NCBI GenBank assembly: GCA_050287085.1
Contig: JBNKBE010000019.1
Location: 1-59,028 of the forward strand
Source: Polyangiaceae bacterium
GTDB lineage: Bacteria > Myxococcota_A > Polyangia > Polyangiales > Polyangiaceae
Direction: 5' to 3'
DNA: 59,028 nt
Every line of letters begins with the position of its first letter. The first letter of the stretch is position 1. The position numbers and the translations under genes were made by a program. The notes beneath the pieces were generated by a model. That model worked only from the letters and a program-made list of their open reading frames with translations. It did no database searches and had not been told where the DNA came from. Shown in pieces: positions 1 through 9,303 of the stretch.

Positions 1-56
1 TAAGGCGGAATGCGGGCAGCAGCTGCGCCGGGCGGGGTTGCGCTGATCTCGGCGGT

Positions 57-74
57 GGGTTTTCCTACATGCTC
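57..74 (+). mobile_element. Probable right end of an IS1182-family element (rest lies upstream of the window)
   Basis: GGTTTTCCTACATGCTC matches GGTTTTCCTACGGCCTC (7762-7778), which follows an IS1182 transposase remnant; both are immediately followed by GTTGG. Confidence 0.6.
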
Positions 75-83
75 GTTGGACGG
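75..83 (+). other. Integron core-site-like GTTRRRY (GTTGGAC-GG)
   Basis: Matches GTTRRRY; 8/9 reverse-complementary to CCGTCTAAC at 1064-1072. Confidence 0.5.
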
Positions 84-380
84 ACTCCACCCTTATCGCC
101 GAGAGGGCCGGCATTGCGATGCTCGGTGCACTCCTCTGGGCACGGCGTCACGGCCGGAGCTGTGTTCACTTCGCCCGTCTGAGACGATGGCAAGCTCCCT
201 CCCTAACCATCTTCGCTTCCTAGCGCTGCAAAGGTGCCCGGGTACAGTAGAGCTCGACACCACTGGACTGCTGAAGCTGCGCCTCCGCAGCGAGCTCGTT
301 GGTGTCTCCTCCTCCAATACCCGGGCATGCCTCGACCTCAAAAGTCTTGCCTAGACGAATACAAATGCGAATATACTCGG

Positions 381-623
381 GTGCCGACCACCATCCACAT
401 TCCTGAGACGCTCTTGAGCGAGGTTGACAAACGCGCGAAAACACTGAACCTTTCTCGCAATCGCTTCATCGTGGATGCACTCCAGAAAGCGCTGGCCGAG
501 GAGCCTCCCTGGTCTCCAGCGTTTCTAGAGGCCCTGCAAGACTTCACTCCGCTCGATGCCGACTACGATGTCGCCGCTCTCGTTCGGAAGAACCGCGTCA
601 GCCGAAAGCGCCCGCTGTTTTGA
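381..623 (+). CDS. vapB: Ribbon-helix-helix (CopG-like) antitoxin, VapB type
   Basis: GTG start at 381 within ORF 234..623; TTIHIPETLLSEVDKRAKTLNLSRNRFIVDAL has the RHH pattern; 4-nt overlap with the PIN gene; TATACT at 372-377. Confidence 0.85.
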   Translation: MPTTIHIPETLLSEVDKRAKTLNLSRNRFIVDALQKALAEEPPWSPAFLEALQDFTPLDADYDVAALVRKNRVSRKRPLF

Positions 624-1030
624 AGTACCTACTCGATACCAACACCGTATCCGAACTCATGCGGGGCAACCCCGCCGCCGTCGCAAGACTTCAGGAATGC
701 TCACGCTCTGACGTCGTCATCCCTCAACCCGTTATCGCTGAAGTCGAATTCGGTCTTGCCCTGCTGCCCAAAGGTAAGCGCAAGACTTCGCTACGGCAGC
801 GCTGGACTGTACTAAGCGCCGAACTGCTGCGCGTTGGGTGGACTGACTCCGTCAGCGAGGCCTTCGCACGCATCAAAAGTGGTCTCCACCAGAGCGGCGA
901 GCTTGTCGAAGACTTTGATGTGGCGATCGCTGCGCATGCCCTCGCCTGGGAGCTCTGCCTCGTCTCCAACAACACCCGTCACATGGCACGAGTTCGCGGC
1001 CTTCGGCTGCAAGACTGGACTGCCGAATAG
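620..1030 (+). CDS. vapC: PIN-domain ribonuclease toxin, VapC family
   Basis: YLLDTNTVS, VIAEVEFG, DFDVAIAAHA, LVSNNTRHM..V.GL.LQDW. Confidence 0.93.
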   Translation: MKYLLDTNTVSELMRGNPAAVARLQECSRSDVVIPQPVIAEVEFGLALLPKGKRKTSLRQRWTVLSAELLRVGWTDSVSEAFARIKSGLHQSGELVEDFDVAIAAHALAWELCLVSNNTRHMARVRGLRLQDWTAE

Positions 1031-1063
1031 CTTTTCAGTGCCACACGGAGCAGCCACTGGTCG

Positions 1064-1072
1064 CCGTCTAAC
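1064..1072 (+). other. Integron inverse-core-like RYYYAAC (CC-GTCTAAC)
   Basis: GTCTAAC at 1066-1072; reads GTTAGAC on the minus strand 20 nt after the IS110 stop codon. Confidence 0.5.
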
Positions 1073-1291
1073 TCACGCCCTGAGGCGGTCCGTCAAGCAG
1101 CGTTTGGTGAGTTGGCGGCGTTCTTGAGGAGGGGGGAACGGCGTTGTTGGAGCTGCTTGAGGTGTAGGGACTCGTCGTAGGGCTTGCGAGCGTGCCAGCA
1201 GCGAAAGAGGATGCGAAGCCACTTGAAGGCGAGAGCTCTGACGGCGCGATTGTGTGTGGCGCCGCGTTCACGTTGCTGACGATAGTAGGCA
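1073..1291 (-). mobile_element. IS110-family transposase C-terminal remnant and element end
   Basis: AYYRQQRERGATHNRAVRALAFKWLRILFRCWHARKPYDE is the IS110 C-terminus; stop at 1093; TTGACG overlaps the stop. Confidence 0.88.
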
Positions 1292-2014
1292 CCCGTGGGC
1301 GCCGATCTGGTTGGCATTGTTGAAGGTGTACTTCACCTCGGTATTGGTGTTGCTCACGGTACCGCCGTTGCCACCGCCGTAGTAGGCGATGCGGGCCGTA
1401 CCGGCGCCGGTCCCATTCGTGTTGGCACAACCCCCGTTGTAGTTGTTGTAGCCATACCCGACGTGAGCCAGAACGCCGTTATTGATCGCGTTCTTGTCGC
1501 CGCCGTGGAGCTCTGTCCAGCCGTCGTTGTTGCCGTCTAGCTCTGCGCCGGCAGCAATCTCCTGCTGCGTTGCCAAATTGAGATTGGCCGACAGCTGCAC
1601 AACCGCTACGTCAGCACCACCGGGCATCGCCCAGATGTTTGATGCCACGATGTTTACGGCTGTGCTGGCTTGGTTGCGAACACGAATGTTAGCCGGCGCT
1701 TGAATGTTCGCACCGCTGGTTCCGTCTGCCGACACGCAGTGACGTGCCGTGAGTACGAAGTTGTTACGAAGCAGCGTACCGCTACAGAAACCGGTGCAGG
1801 CCGGGGCCCCACCACAACCCTGCGTTCGCGCGTTGGTAAGCCGCACCTCGCGCGCGTCTTGCGTGCTGGTCCAAGCGGTGCCCAGCACGATTTCCGCTCC
1901 AACGGTCTTCGCTTCAACCGGAGGAGCCTCGAGAGGCACGTCAGCATAGTCGCCGCACCCCGACAATAGCGCCGCCATCAGCGCACAAGTCATCTTAATT
2001 CAAGAGAATTTCAT
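1292..2014 (-). pseudogene. Trypsin-like (S1) serine protease lipoprotein, truncated
   Basis: Lipobox LLSGC; CSGTLL..VLTARHC (catalytic His); DVAVVQL (Asp); breaks at IGAHG just before the expected GDSGG; upstream in-frame ATG at 2014 with AGGAG is cut by TGA at 2000-2002. Confidence 0.85.
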
Positions 2015-2056
2015 AGTCCTGCTCCTGGTCTGCCTTGCTGCCAAGATCCGCTAGAT

Positions 2057-3127
2057 CTAGCGTCTTGGTCTTTTTGCATTTTTGGGGATAGTCCTTCCCA
2101 CCCCAATACAAGTACACATGGTCACCAGTAGTGCCGCCCATGCACTTGGTCGCCCTGCTGCGTCGCTCACTCGACAGGTACACCCGGAAGACGCGTTCGC
2201 ACGACCAACGGTTCTCGCGTCGTGTTCCCTGTCCGCGTCGGCGTCCGCGCCGCTGTCGGCAGCTCCCGCATCCGCGGCCCGGGCGGAGTCTTGCTCTGAG
2301 TCGCCAGCGGCCCCGTTGCCAGCTGGCGCGTCACCGTTGGAGCCCTCCACTCCGTCACTGCCGTTCTCCACGCCGACACTCCCGCCCGGAACGCCGGCGC
2401 CGCCCACACTCACCGGCGCGGCGTTGTCCGGACGAGGTGGCGTTTCGATTGGGTCACCCGCCGCCGGCAGGGTCGGGCCAGAGCCCTCCCCCGGGGTCGC
2501 TGGTGGCGCGTCGTCTTGCCCGACAGGGGGACTCCCCTCGTTCGGTCCCTCCGGGTCGGCTCCGTCATCCGGGTCGACTAATTCGCCGTCCTCGACCTGT
2601 GGGGGCCCGTCCGCCTCGTCGTCTGCCGGCGAGTCGTCAAAGCCGGGGAGGGCCGGTACGTCGTCCTCGTCCACGGAACGGGCGCAGCCGTCGTCCCGGC
2701 ACGTACCGCTGAGGCACTCCGTGTCGACGGTGCAGTCGGCGCCCTCGTTCAAGCAAGCCCCGACGACGGGCGGCAGCGTCACCGGCGCCCACAACTCACC
2801 GTCCAAGGCCAAGATTTCGCCGTGCCGCGCGATGTCGTAGGAAGCCGAGTCGGAGGCTGACGAGAGGGTCAGCTCCTCGTTCTCTAGGGACCAGGTCTCG
2901 AACGACCCGGTCAGCTCGCAGGCCCCGTCGTCATGTACCCGCAGCCAGCGAACGTCCCCACTGTCCAGGAAGTGAACAGCGTCATCCTCCAGCTCCTCAC
3001 AGAGGACGTCTTCGCACCGAACCCAGGCTCCGCACAGGGTGCAGTCGCCCTGCGCCTGGGCCTGCTGAACAGTGAGGAGTATCGCAAGGGCGAGGAAAGC
3101 GCCCCCCGCCTGGTTTCTTGTTGACAC
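2057..3127 (-). CDS. Secreted Cys-rich acidic protein with MYXO-CTERM-like C-terminal anchor
   Basis: Signal peptide, Cys clusters, D/E/G/P-rich linker, SGCTCRV followed by a hydrophobic stretch and basic tail. Confidence 0.7.
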   Translation of the reverse strand: MSTRNQAGGAFLALAILLTVQQAQAQGDCTLCGAWVRCEDVLCEELEDDAVHFLDSGDVRWLRVHDDGACELTGSFETWSLENEELTLSSASDSASYDIARHGEILALDGELWAPVTLPPVVGACLNEGADCTVDTECLSGTCRDDGCARSVDEDDVPALPGFDDSPADDEADGPPQVEDGELVDPDDGADPEGPNEGSPPVGQDDAPPATPGEGSGPTLPAAGDPIETPPRPDNAAPVSVGGAGVPGGSVGVENGSDGVEGSNGDAPAGNGAAGDSEQDSARAADAGAADSGADADADREHDARTVGRANASSGCTCRVSDAAGRPSAWAALLVTMCTCIGVGRTIPKNAKRPRR

Positions 3128-3333
3128 CGGATGGCCACTAGCAATCTCGTCACAGAACTTTCAATGATGTGGAAGAACGAAACGCACAAGCGGTGGCGCA
3201 CCGGACCCGTAGGCGTCGGTCGCTCGACCGGACACCATCGCCGGCAACTCTGGGTCCTGGAAAGGGGGGAGGCTAGCGGCCGTTCTGCCCCCGCAACGGA
3301 GCCCCAGCGGACACCCCCCTATAACCCATCTCA

Positions 3334-4366
3334 TTGCAATTTCTGGATCTCCTGACAAACACACCACGACGCCGGGCGGGCTGCGTAACCCTGGCTCCGT
3401 TGGCCCCGTCGACGGCGGCTTTGCCAACGACTGCCCCGGCGGTGAGGCAGCTGTCCGTCAAACGCCCTGACCGCACCCTGGTCGCCTTCGCGTCCTGCAG
3501 CAGGACTGATCTGGAGCAACCACTCTGGGCCCCGCTGGCGCAAACGGATCCGGACGCCTTCGTATGGCTGGGAGACATCATCTACGCGGACAGTGAGGAT
3601 GTGGGCCTGCACCCCCGCCACTATGCCGCACAAGCCCAAGTCCCGGGCTACGTGGCTTTAAAGAACACCACCCCCATCCTGGGGGTTTGGGACGACCATG
3701 ACTACGGCGCGAATGACGCCGGTGAGGAGTATGTCTCCAAGGTCGAGAGTCAGCAGGCGCTGTTGGACTTCTTGGAGGAGCCGGCGGACAGTCCCCGCGG
3801 CACCCAGGAAGGCGTCTACGCCGCCTACGATGTCGGACAAGTGCCGCGTCAGGTCCGCGTCGTGTTGCTCGATACGCGCTACGGCCGCGGCGCGTCCGGG
3901 ACCCACATGCTCTCCCCGGCGCAGTGGCAGTGGCTTGAAGCCGTGCTGACCAAGTCGCCCGCGCAAGTGCACATCATCGGTTCCAGACTTCCGGTAATTA
4001 CGGACGACCACCCCTATGAGAGGTTGGAAGCACTACCCGAGTGAGAAGGCGCGTCTGCTAGACATACTATCGCGCACCCGGAACCCCATCCTGCTCAGCG
4101 GCGACCGGCACTTTGCGGAGCTTTCAAGACTCGTCCCACCAGAACACTACGTACCGCTCTATGACCTGACCTCAAGCGGCTTCACCCATAGCTACCAGCC
4201 CGAGCAGGAGCCGAACCGCCACCGTGTCGGACAAGGCTACTTTGAGCTGAACTTTGGCGCTATCGATGTGGACTGGGCCAACGCTCAACTCGCGCTCCGG
4301 GTACATGGCCCCGACGGCGTCGTGGGGCTCGATCACCGAGTGCCGCTGTCCTTGCCTGAGCGCTAA
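3334..4366 (+). pseudogene. phoD: Alkaline phosphatase D family protein, frameshifted at about 4021
   Basis: FASC, WLGDIIYAD, WDDHDYG.ND, LLDTRY in ORF 3334..4044; LSGDRHFAE, LTSSG and NFG in ORF 4016..4366; removing one A at 4021 restores HPYEGWKHYP. Confidence 0.88.
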
Positions 4367-4448
4367 ACCAGGGCAAGCGCCCCCGTACGGAAGCCAACAA
4401 CCGAGTCATCACCGACCCGTGTAGAAGCTCTCCCGCAACCAGAACACG

Positions 4449-4730
4449 TCAATGTTCCAACAGGGCGCCGATGTCGCACGTGCTCCATAACTCTCCGGGC
4501 GCCAACTGATCGGCCCCACCCACGAACCGAAGACGAGTCCTGACATCGCGACAAGACGAGGGGGCTTGCGTGTCCTCTAGGATTTCCGGCACCTCGGTCC
4601 AACACCACCCCGGCTCGCAGCCGTCGCACTCGTAGCTCGTCTGACAAGCCTCTAGCGCTGCACCGTCAAGCTGTTTGATATAGCAAACGCGCAGTCCCTC
4701 GTCGTCAAATCGTGGTTCGCCAGGCGGGGA
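4449..4730 (-). pseudogene. 5'-truncated C-terminus of a myxobacterial Cys-rich protein (not in the ORF track)
   Basis: 94-codon open frame lacking an N-terminal start: RVCYIKQLDGAALEACQTSYECDGCEPGWCWTE...C...LRFVGG...TCDIG. Confidence 0.6.
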
Positions 4731-4894
4731 CTAAGAGGCGGACCGCAAGGAGCTGGCGGCACTAACGCCCCGCACCGAGCGGTCCAACGATGTCGCGCGC
4801 CATGGAGATTGGCGCCAAGCCGGGCGCAAGACGTCGACTTCGTTCGAGATACGCCCACTGGACAAGCGCACCGCCAGGCTGCATGATTTCGGGA

Positions 4895-5107
4895 ATGGCA
4901 AAGCCTGCTCTCGACATGCAAACCCTCACTTCGCAGGAGAAGTTGGAGCTGATCGATGACCTGCTGGCGAGCATGGACTTCTCGAATCTGCCGCTCACTG
5001 CCGAGCAGCGGTCCGAGCTCGACCACCGCCTAGATCGACTCGAGAGCGAAGGCCCCGTCGGTATCGCGTGGGAGCAAGTCCACGCCGAGATGAAGTCCGA
5101 CGCGTGA
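4895..5107 (+). CDS. Addiction-module antitoxin (TIGR02574-like)
   Basis: LTSQEKLELIDDLLASM..PLTAEQRSELDHRL...GIAWEQV; GTGA overlap with a RelE/ParE gene. Confidence 0.88.
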   Translation: MAKPALDMQTLTSQEKLELIDDLLASMDFSNLPLTAEQRSELDHRLDRLESEGPVGIAWEQVHAEMKSDA

Positions 5108-5250
5108 GGGTGATACTTCGACGCGAAGCGCGCGTCGACGCCTTGGAGGCATTCCGCTGGTATGAAGACCAAGCGCCTGGGCTCGGTGCTGCATTCCGAA
5201 GTGCGCTCGATCATACAATGACCCGGCTTGGGACTCATGCGAACACGTAC
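5104..5250 (+). pseudogene. RelE/ParE-family toxin, C-terminal half replaced by unrelated DNA
   Basis: MRVILRREARVDALEAFRWYEDQAPGLGAAFRSAL; similarity stops near HANTY; the chimeric frame runs to 5316. Confidence 0.82.
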
Positions 5251-5461
5251 CGAGAACAGCTACACGATTCCAATACGGAAGGGGGTCCTCAGCGTCCGCT
5301 ACTCACGCGAATTTGAAGAACGCTGGCGTGAAGAGTTTCCGTACGCGCTCGACTACGTGCCGGACGGGCCCCATCACTCTGGGCGGTCCTCGATCAGGGG
5401 CTGGCGCTGCCCTCAGTGTTGGAAACTGTTTAGCGAATTTGGACAGCCCGAAGAGCCTTGA
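5250..5461 (+). pseudogene. Orphan C-terminal fragment of an unknown protein with a CxxC motif
   Basis: Protein-like frame ENSYTIPIRK...RGWRCPQCWKLF begins where ParE similarity ends. Confidence 0.4.
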
Positions 5462-5541
5462 TTGGCGTCCACAGCCTGCCTTGGTCTCGGGACTGACTGC
5501 AAATCGAGAATCCGTGCCAAAGTCCCGAATGCCGTGCCCGG

Positions 5542-5640
5542 CTACTTTGATGCCCAGTTGAGTAGCGCCAGGCCCTTGAACCGCTTGAAGTCTCTTGGAT
5601 TGGCGGTCACCACCGGAAGGCCATTCACCGTTGACGCTTC
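5542..5640 (-). pseudogene. VapC/PIN toxin C-terminal fragment
   Basis: VNGLPVVTANPRDFKRFKGLALLNW* is the typical PIN C-terminus. Confidence 0.75.
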
Positions 5641-5823
5641 CGCTTCGTTGATAGGCCCCGTTCGGCGCTCGCTCTTCCCCTTTGGGGATGAGCGCCAGTT
5701 GACGTATTCCGGAAACGCCTCACGCCGCGGCACAACGGCAGGTTGTTGCGCGGACTACGCTTCGTTGCTCGCAGTACGACGTTAACCAACCGTTCTTGCG
5801 AATGCGCCAGTCGCGCTCGACGC

Positions 5824-6759
5824 TTACCAGCGCTTGGCCTCGGCCTCCGGCGCACGTTCTTCGAACACCAACGAACGGAAGTCGAACAACTCTATCGCCT
5901 CTTCCGTCGCCAACCGCGACACACTACCCGCTCCCAGGCGATACATGCGCCCACTTCGTGCGAACACCACGTCGTCCCTGTCCCATGCCGCCCAGTCGCT
6001 TCGCCCCAACCCCGCGGTCATGCCCGTGGCTTCGTCGACCAACGAGTGACGCAACACGTACCACGGACCGTCCTGCTCGTGAATCCCATCCAACGTTCGG
6101 TAGAGCGCGTGCCCCTTTCCGACTTTCGTTCCGGGCGCCGACTGCGCGTGAACCTCACCCCCCTCGGCCGAATACCAAATCGGCGATCCTCGTCGATTCT
6201 TCTTCCACGTCGCGGTGCGGATGCGTCGCCACCCATCTCTTCGGTCCCGCACAACCGCGATTGGATCATCCTCCCCGCGTCCAGGCCTCTCCCCGAAAGG
6301 GACGACCCCAAAGGATTTGGGTAGCTGAAACCCTTCTGCCAGTTCCGTCTGCCCCTCGGGGTGGTTCAGTGCCAGCCGTCTCTCGGACTCGAATAGGCCT
6401 CCGCCACCCCACGCGTCTCCCTTCGGCCACATCGCCAACGCCGTTAGATTTGGCGGACGACTGATTGCTGTCCAACTTCCGCGACCGCTCTTCCAGTTCG
6501 CAGCGAAGTACACGAGCAGCTCTCCCGATGGCGACAGGTCACAACGACGTTCATATATTCTACCGTGCAGCCATTGCCCCACCGTGAACTGGTCGCGCGC
6601 CATGTCCCACTTCACGAGGGCAACTCGCTTCGAGGGCCCCCGTCGAAATATGACCGCGGTTCGCGCCTTCCGCGCCGTCAATGCGTACAACCGAACTGCT
6701 GCGTGCCCCATAGCTGGCAACGGTAGCATCGTTGTTTCACCGATGACCAGCGGCCTCAT
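5824..6759 (-). CDS. Conserved hypothetical protein (true start may be a later Met)
   Basis: 311-aa ORF with AVIFRRGPSK, GQWLHGRIYERRCDLSPSG and WGGGGLF motifs; Trp/Gly-rich, possibly propeller-like. Confidence 0.75.
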   Translation of the reverse strand: MRPLVIGETTMLPLPAMGHAAVRLYALTARKARTAVIFRRGPSKRVALVKWDMARDQFTVGQWLHGRIYERRCDLSPSGELLVYFAANWKSGRGSWTAISRPPNLTALAMWPKGDAWGGGGLFESERRLALNHPEGQTELAEGFQLPKSFGVVPFGERPGRGEDDPIAVVRDRRDGWRRIRTATWKKNRRGSPIWYSAEGGEVHAQSAPGTKVGKGHALYRTLDGIHEQDGPWYVLRHSLVDEATGMTAGLGRSDWAAWDRDDVVFARSGRMYRLGAGSVSRLATEEAIELFDFRSLVFEERAPEAEAKRW

Positions 6760-6852
6760 TTCGGGGAGCCGAGCTCTCCGTTTTCCAGCACCGATACGCC
6801 AACGACAAGAGCGGGCGCCGCGCGTAGGACCCCAACGCCAGCGCGAGAGAGT

Positions 6853-6949
6853 CAGTCATCGTCATGGGGACCTCCATCCGCGACCGCGTCCTGTGCGTCG
6901 TCCACGTCGAACGCGGCGAATCATCAGCGCCAGACCCGCTACCCGCACC
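6853..6949 (+). pseudogene. BrnT-family toxin fragment with an internal frameshift or deletion
   Basis: VIVMGTSIRDRVLCVVHVERG then, in another frame, RIISARPATR. Confidence 0.75.
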
Positions 6950-6954
6950 GCCCC

Positions 6955-7065
6955 GACTTCGACGATTGCCAGCTCGCCACCCTTCGTCGCTACATCAACG
7001 CACTTGGCGGCCACCTCGAACTCGTCGCCAGATTCGGCGACAAGCGCATCACGGTCGTTGGAGTC
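6955..7065 (+). pseudogene. XRE/HigA-type antitoxin C-terminal fragment
   Basis: Frame not in the ORF track: DCQLATLRRYINALGGHLELVARFGDKRITVVGV. Confidence 0.72.
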
Positions 7066-7094
7066 GCACCACCGAGTGATGAATCCGACAGCGC

Positions 7095-7778
7095 CTGCTC
7101 GAACCTGCTTGCGCCGCTCATCAAAGCGACACGCCAAGAGTTTGCCGAGCTGGACGGCGGGGGCGACGTCTTTTCGCGGGCCAAAGTCACCGCTGACAGC
7201 GGCTTTCATAACAAGGTCGTTTTGGCTGCAATCGAGAAGACCGATGCTGATGCGTACATTGCTGCTCGCGACTACCGTCGGCATGACCGGGCTTTTACGA
7301 GCCCACAACGCCACAAGCGGCGCAGCAATAAGAGCGAGCCTTGAAGCGTCGGAGAGAACGTGAAGCGCGCCCGTCCGCCGAGCAACGACTATTTGTGTCG
7401 CGGACTTCTAGTACGATGAGCAGAGAGATCTGCTCATCTGTCCCGCCGGACATCGGCTCTACAAGAGCGGCACGAACAGGCTCTTCATGGGTTATCGCGC
7501 TGACCACTTCAAGGCGCCAAAGACCGCGTGCCGAGATTGTGTTCACCCTCCGTGATCAGCGCCAGGTGAATGCCCAATGGCAGCTTTTCTCACTGGTCCA
7601 CAACGTCGAAAAGCTCACGGGAGGGCAGCGGGCTTGAACGCTCTTGCCGGGCGGTGGCCGCGGCGCCTACTCCGGCACGGGGCGCGCCAGCGCCAAACGG
7701 GACAGATTTGATGGCAATCGCCCTCGTAGCCGTGCATGGGCTTACGCTGCGCTCGTCCGCTGGTTTTCCTACGGCCTC
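7095..7778 (+). mobile_element. IS1182-family transposase pseudogene (3' part) with right end
   Basis: VTADSGFHN..DAYIA.RDYRRHD..F; LICPAGHRL..ACRDC; FTLRDQRQVNAQWQLFSLVHNVEKL* at 7637; contains stops, frameshifts and an internal deletion near 7540. Confidence 0.85.
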
Positions 7779-8180
7779 GTTGGGAGGACTACGCACTTCG
7801 GGGCATGCGTTGGAGGGCCAGAGTGACGTCACTGCAGATGCGCCGCCGAGCCATGCTGGCCCGACTCGAAACGGCACGGAAGCCCATCCCGTACCCGGCT
7901 CACCAGCCGCGCTTTGTTCCCGGTAATCTTGGGCCTCACTCGCAATCGAGACGGCCTTGGCCCTGGTGGCGATGGACTCCCATATCACCCCACGAATCGA
8001 TGAGGGGGTGGCCATTTTTCCCAACGTATCGGCGATTGTCCGAAAGGTCGTCACACGGGTGGAACTGATCGCTCGCTGGGCCGCAGCAATTTCGATGCTG
8101 CGGTCTCAGACATGCCGGTGAGTGCTGTTCTTGCTTGTCACCTCTTCAAGCGCTATGATTCCGCCTGCCGAGGAGAATCC

Positions 8181-8384
8181 ATGTCCCGCACCAGCACATC
8201 AGGAACTTACGAGGAACTCGTAGCCGAGGTGAAGAGGCTGCAGAGCGCAGGCGCGATTCCGATCCGCCCCACGCAAGAGCAGCGCGTTAGCTGGGCCTAC
8301 GGTCAGACCAAGTTGGAGAACAGCGACGTCACTCGTGAGGACGCGGTTCGAGCGGTTGAGGCACGTACGCAAAGCGCGCAATGA
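8181..8384 (+). CDS. Small putative antitoxin partner of the Fic protein
   Basis: AGGAG RBS; EQRVSWAYGQTKLEN resembles the Fic-inhibitory (S/T)xxxE(G/N) helix; ATGA overlap with fic. Confidence 0.7.
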   Translation: MSRTSTSGTYEELVAEVKRLQSAGAIPIRPTQEQRVSWAYGQTKLENSDVTREDAVRAVEARTQSAQ

Positions 8385-9013
8385 TCAGTTCTCCGCTGCT
8401 CTGCCGGCCAGAAGACAAAGCGAGGCTGGAAAACGAGAACGCGGTTGATCAACTTGATCTGATATCGCATCTGGTTAACGACTACCAGATTGACGCGCTC
8501 CGGGAGTCCCACGTCCTTGAGCTGCAGAGCTTGGCGATTCAGAACATCTACCCGTGTGGTGGCACGTACCGGGATGCGCGCGTCGCGGTGAGGATCGCGA
8601 ACAGTCCACATGAGATTCCGGAACCCGCGCTTGTCAAATCGCTCGTTGCGGAAGCGATCGACTGGATAAACGCGAAGAAAGAGGAATGCTCGCCGTTGGA
8701 ACGGGCTGCGTATGCACTCTGGCGGTTCAACTGGATACATCCCTTTCGTGGGGGCAATGGGCGAACCTCACGCGCGATCGCGTATCTCATCATTTGCATG
8801 TCGGAGCGCTGCATGTTGCCCGGTACTCCCGTAATGCCGGACCTGATATACGAGCGGCGCGACAAGTACATCGACGCACTTCAGGCTGTCGACGCATCGG
8901 CACTGATATCACCCGAAGCCCCCGACTTCACCGCGATGTCCAGCTTCTTGCGCGAAGTAATAACTACTCAGCTAGCCAGCGTCATCAGCCACCTATCTCA
9001 TCATCCCAGCTGA
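8381..9013 (+). CDS. Fic/Doc family protein
   Basis: WIHPFRGGNGRTSR motif; GTYRD. Confidence 0.93.
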   Translation: MISSPLLCRPEDKARLENENAVDQLDLISHLVNDYQIDALRESHVLELQSLAIQNIYPCGGTYRDARVAVRIANSPHEIPEPALVKSLVAEAIDWINAKKEECSPLERAAYALWRFNWIHPFRGGNGRTSRAIAYLIICMSERCMLPGTPVMPDLIYERRDKYIDALQAVDASALISPEAPDFTAMSSFLREVITTQLASVISHLSHHPS

Positions 9014-9019
9014 CCGCCT

Positions 9020-9303
9020 TCTGGATCGTCTTTGGCCCCGCTCGGATGCCACGCCCTGCGATAGCGCGCCAGCGTCTGCGGGTTCACGGGTAGATGACGA
9101 AGAAGTCGTGCTCCAACAGCGCCGAGACTAGCGGCCCCCTCGAAAGCTCAAGGCACACGGCAATGGGCTTCCCCTCGAATCGCTGCCTCAACTGCCTTGC
9201 CCATTCCTCCAGCTCCACGGGCCCGTGGGGCACCACGCTCTGCTCAACCCGCTCGGCGCCCGCAGCCTTCAGGCATACGTCGTGCTTCTTGTCTCCCCAG
9301 TCG
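9020..9303 (-). mobile_element. IS110-family transposase N-terminal (DEDD) remnant, frameshifted
   Basis: DWGDKKHDVCL...IAVCLELSRGPLV..YP then shifted VNPQTLARYRRAWHPSGAKDDP. Confidence 0.88.

Noticed and set aside
7700..7750. PIN-like peptide DLMAIALVAVHGLTL
   Set aside because: Very short and lies in the 3' non-coding part of the IS1182 remnant; probably coincidence.
1093..9303. A single IS110 split by a 7.7-kb insertion
   Set aside because: The middle of the transposase is missing and both junctions fall in or beside unrelated genes; separate deleted copies explain this equally well.
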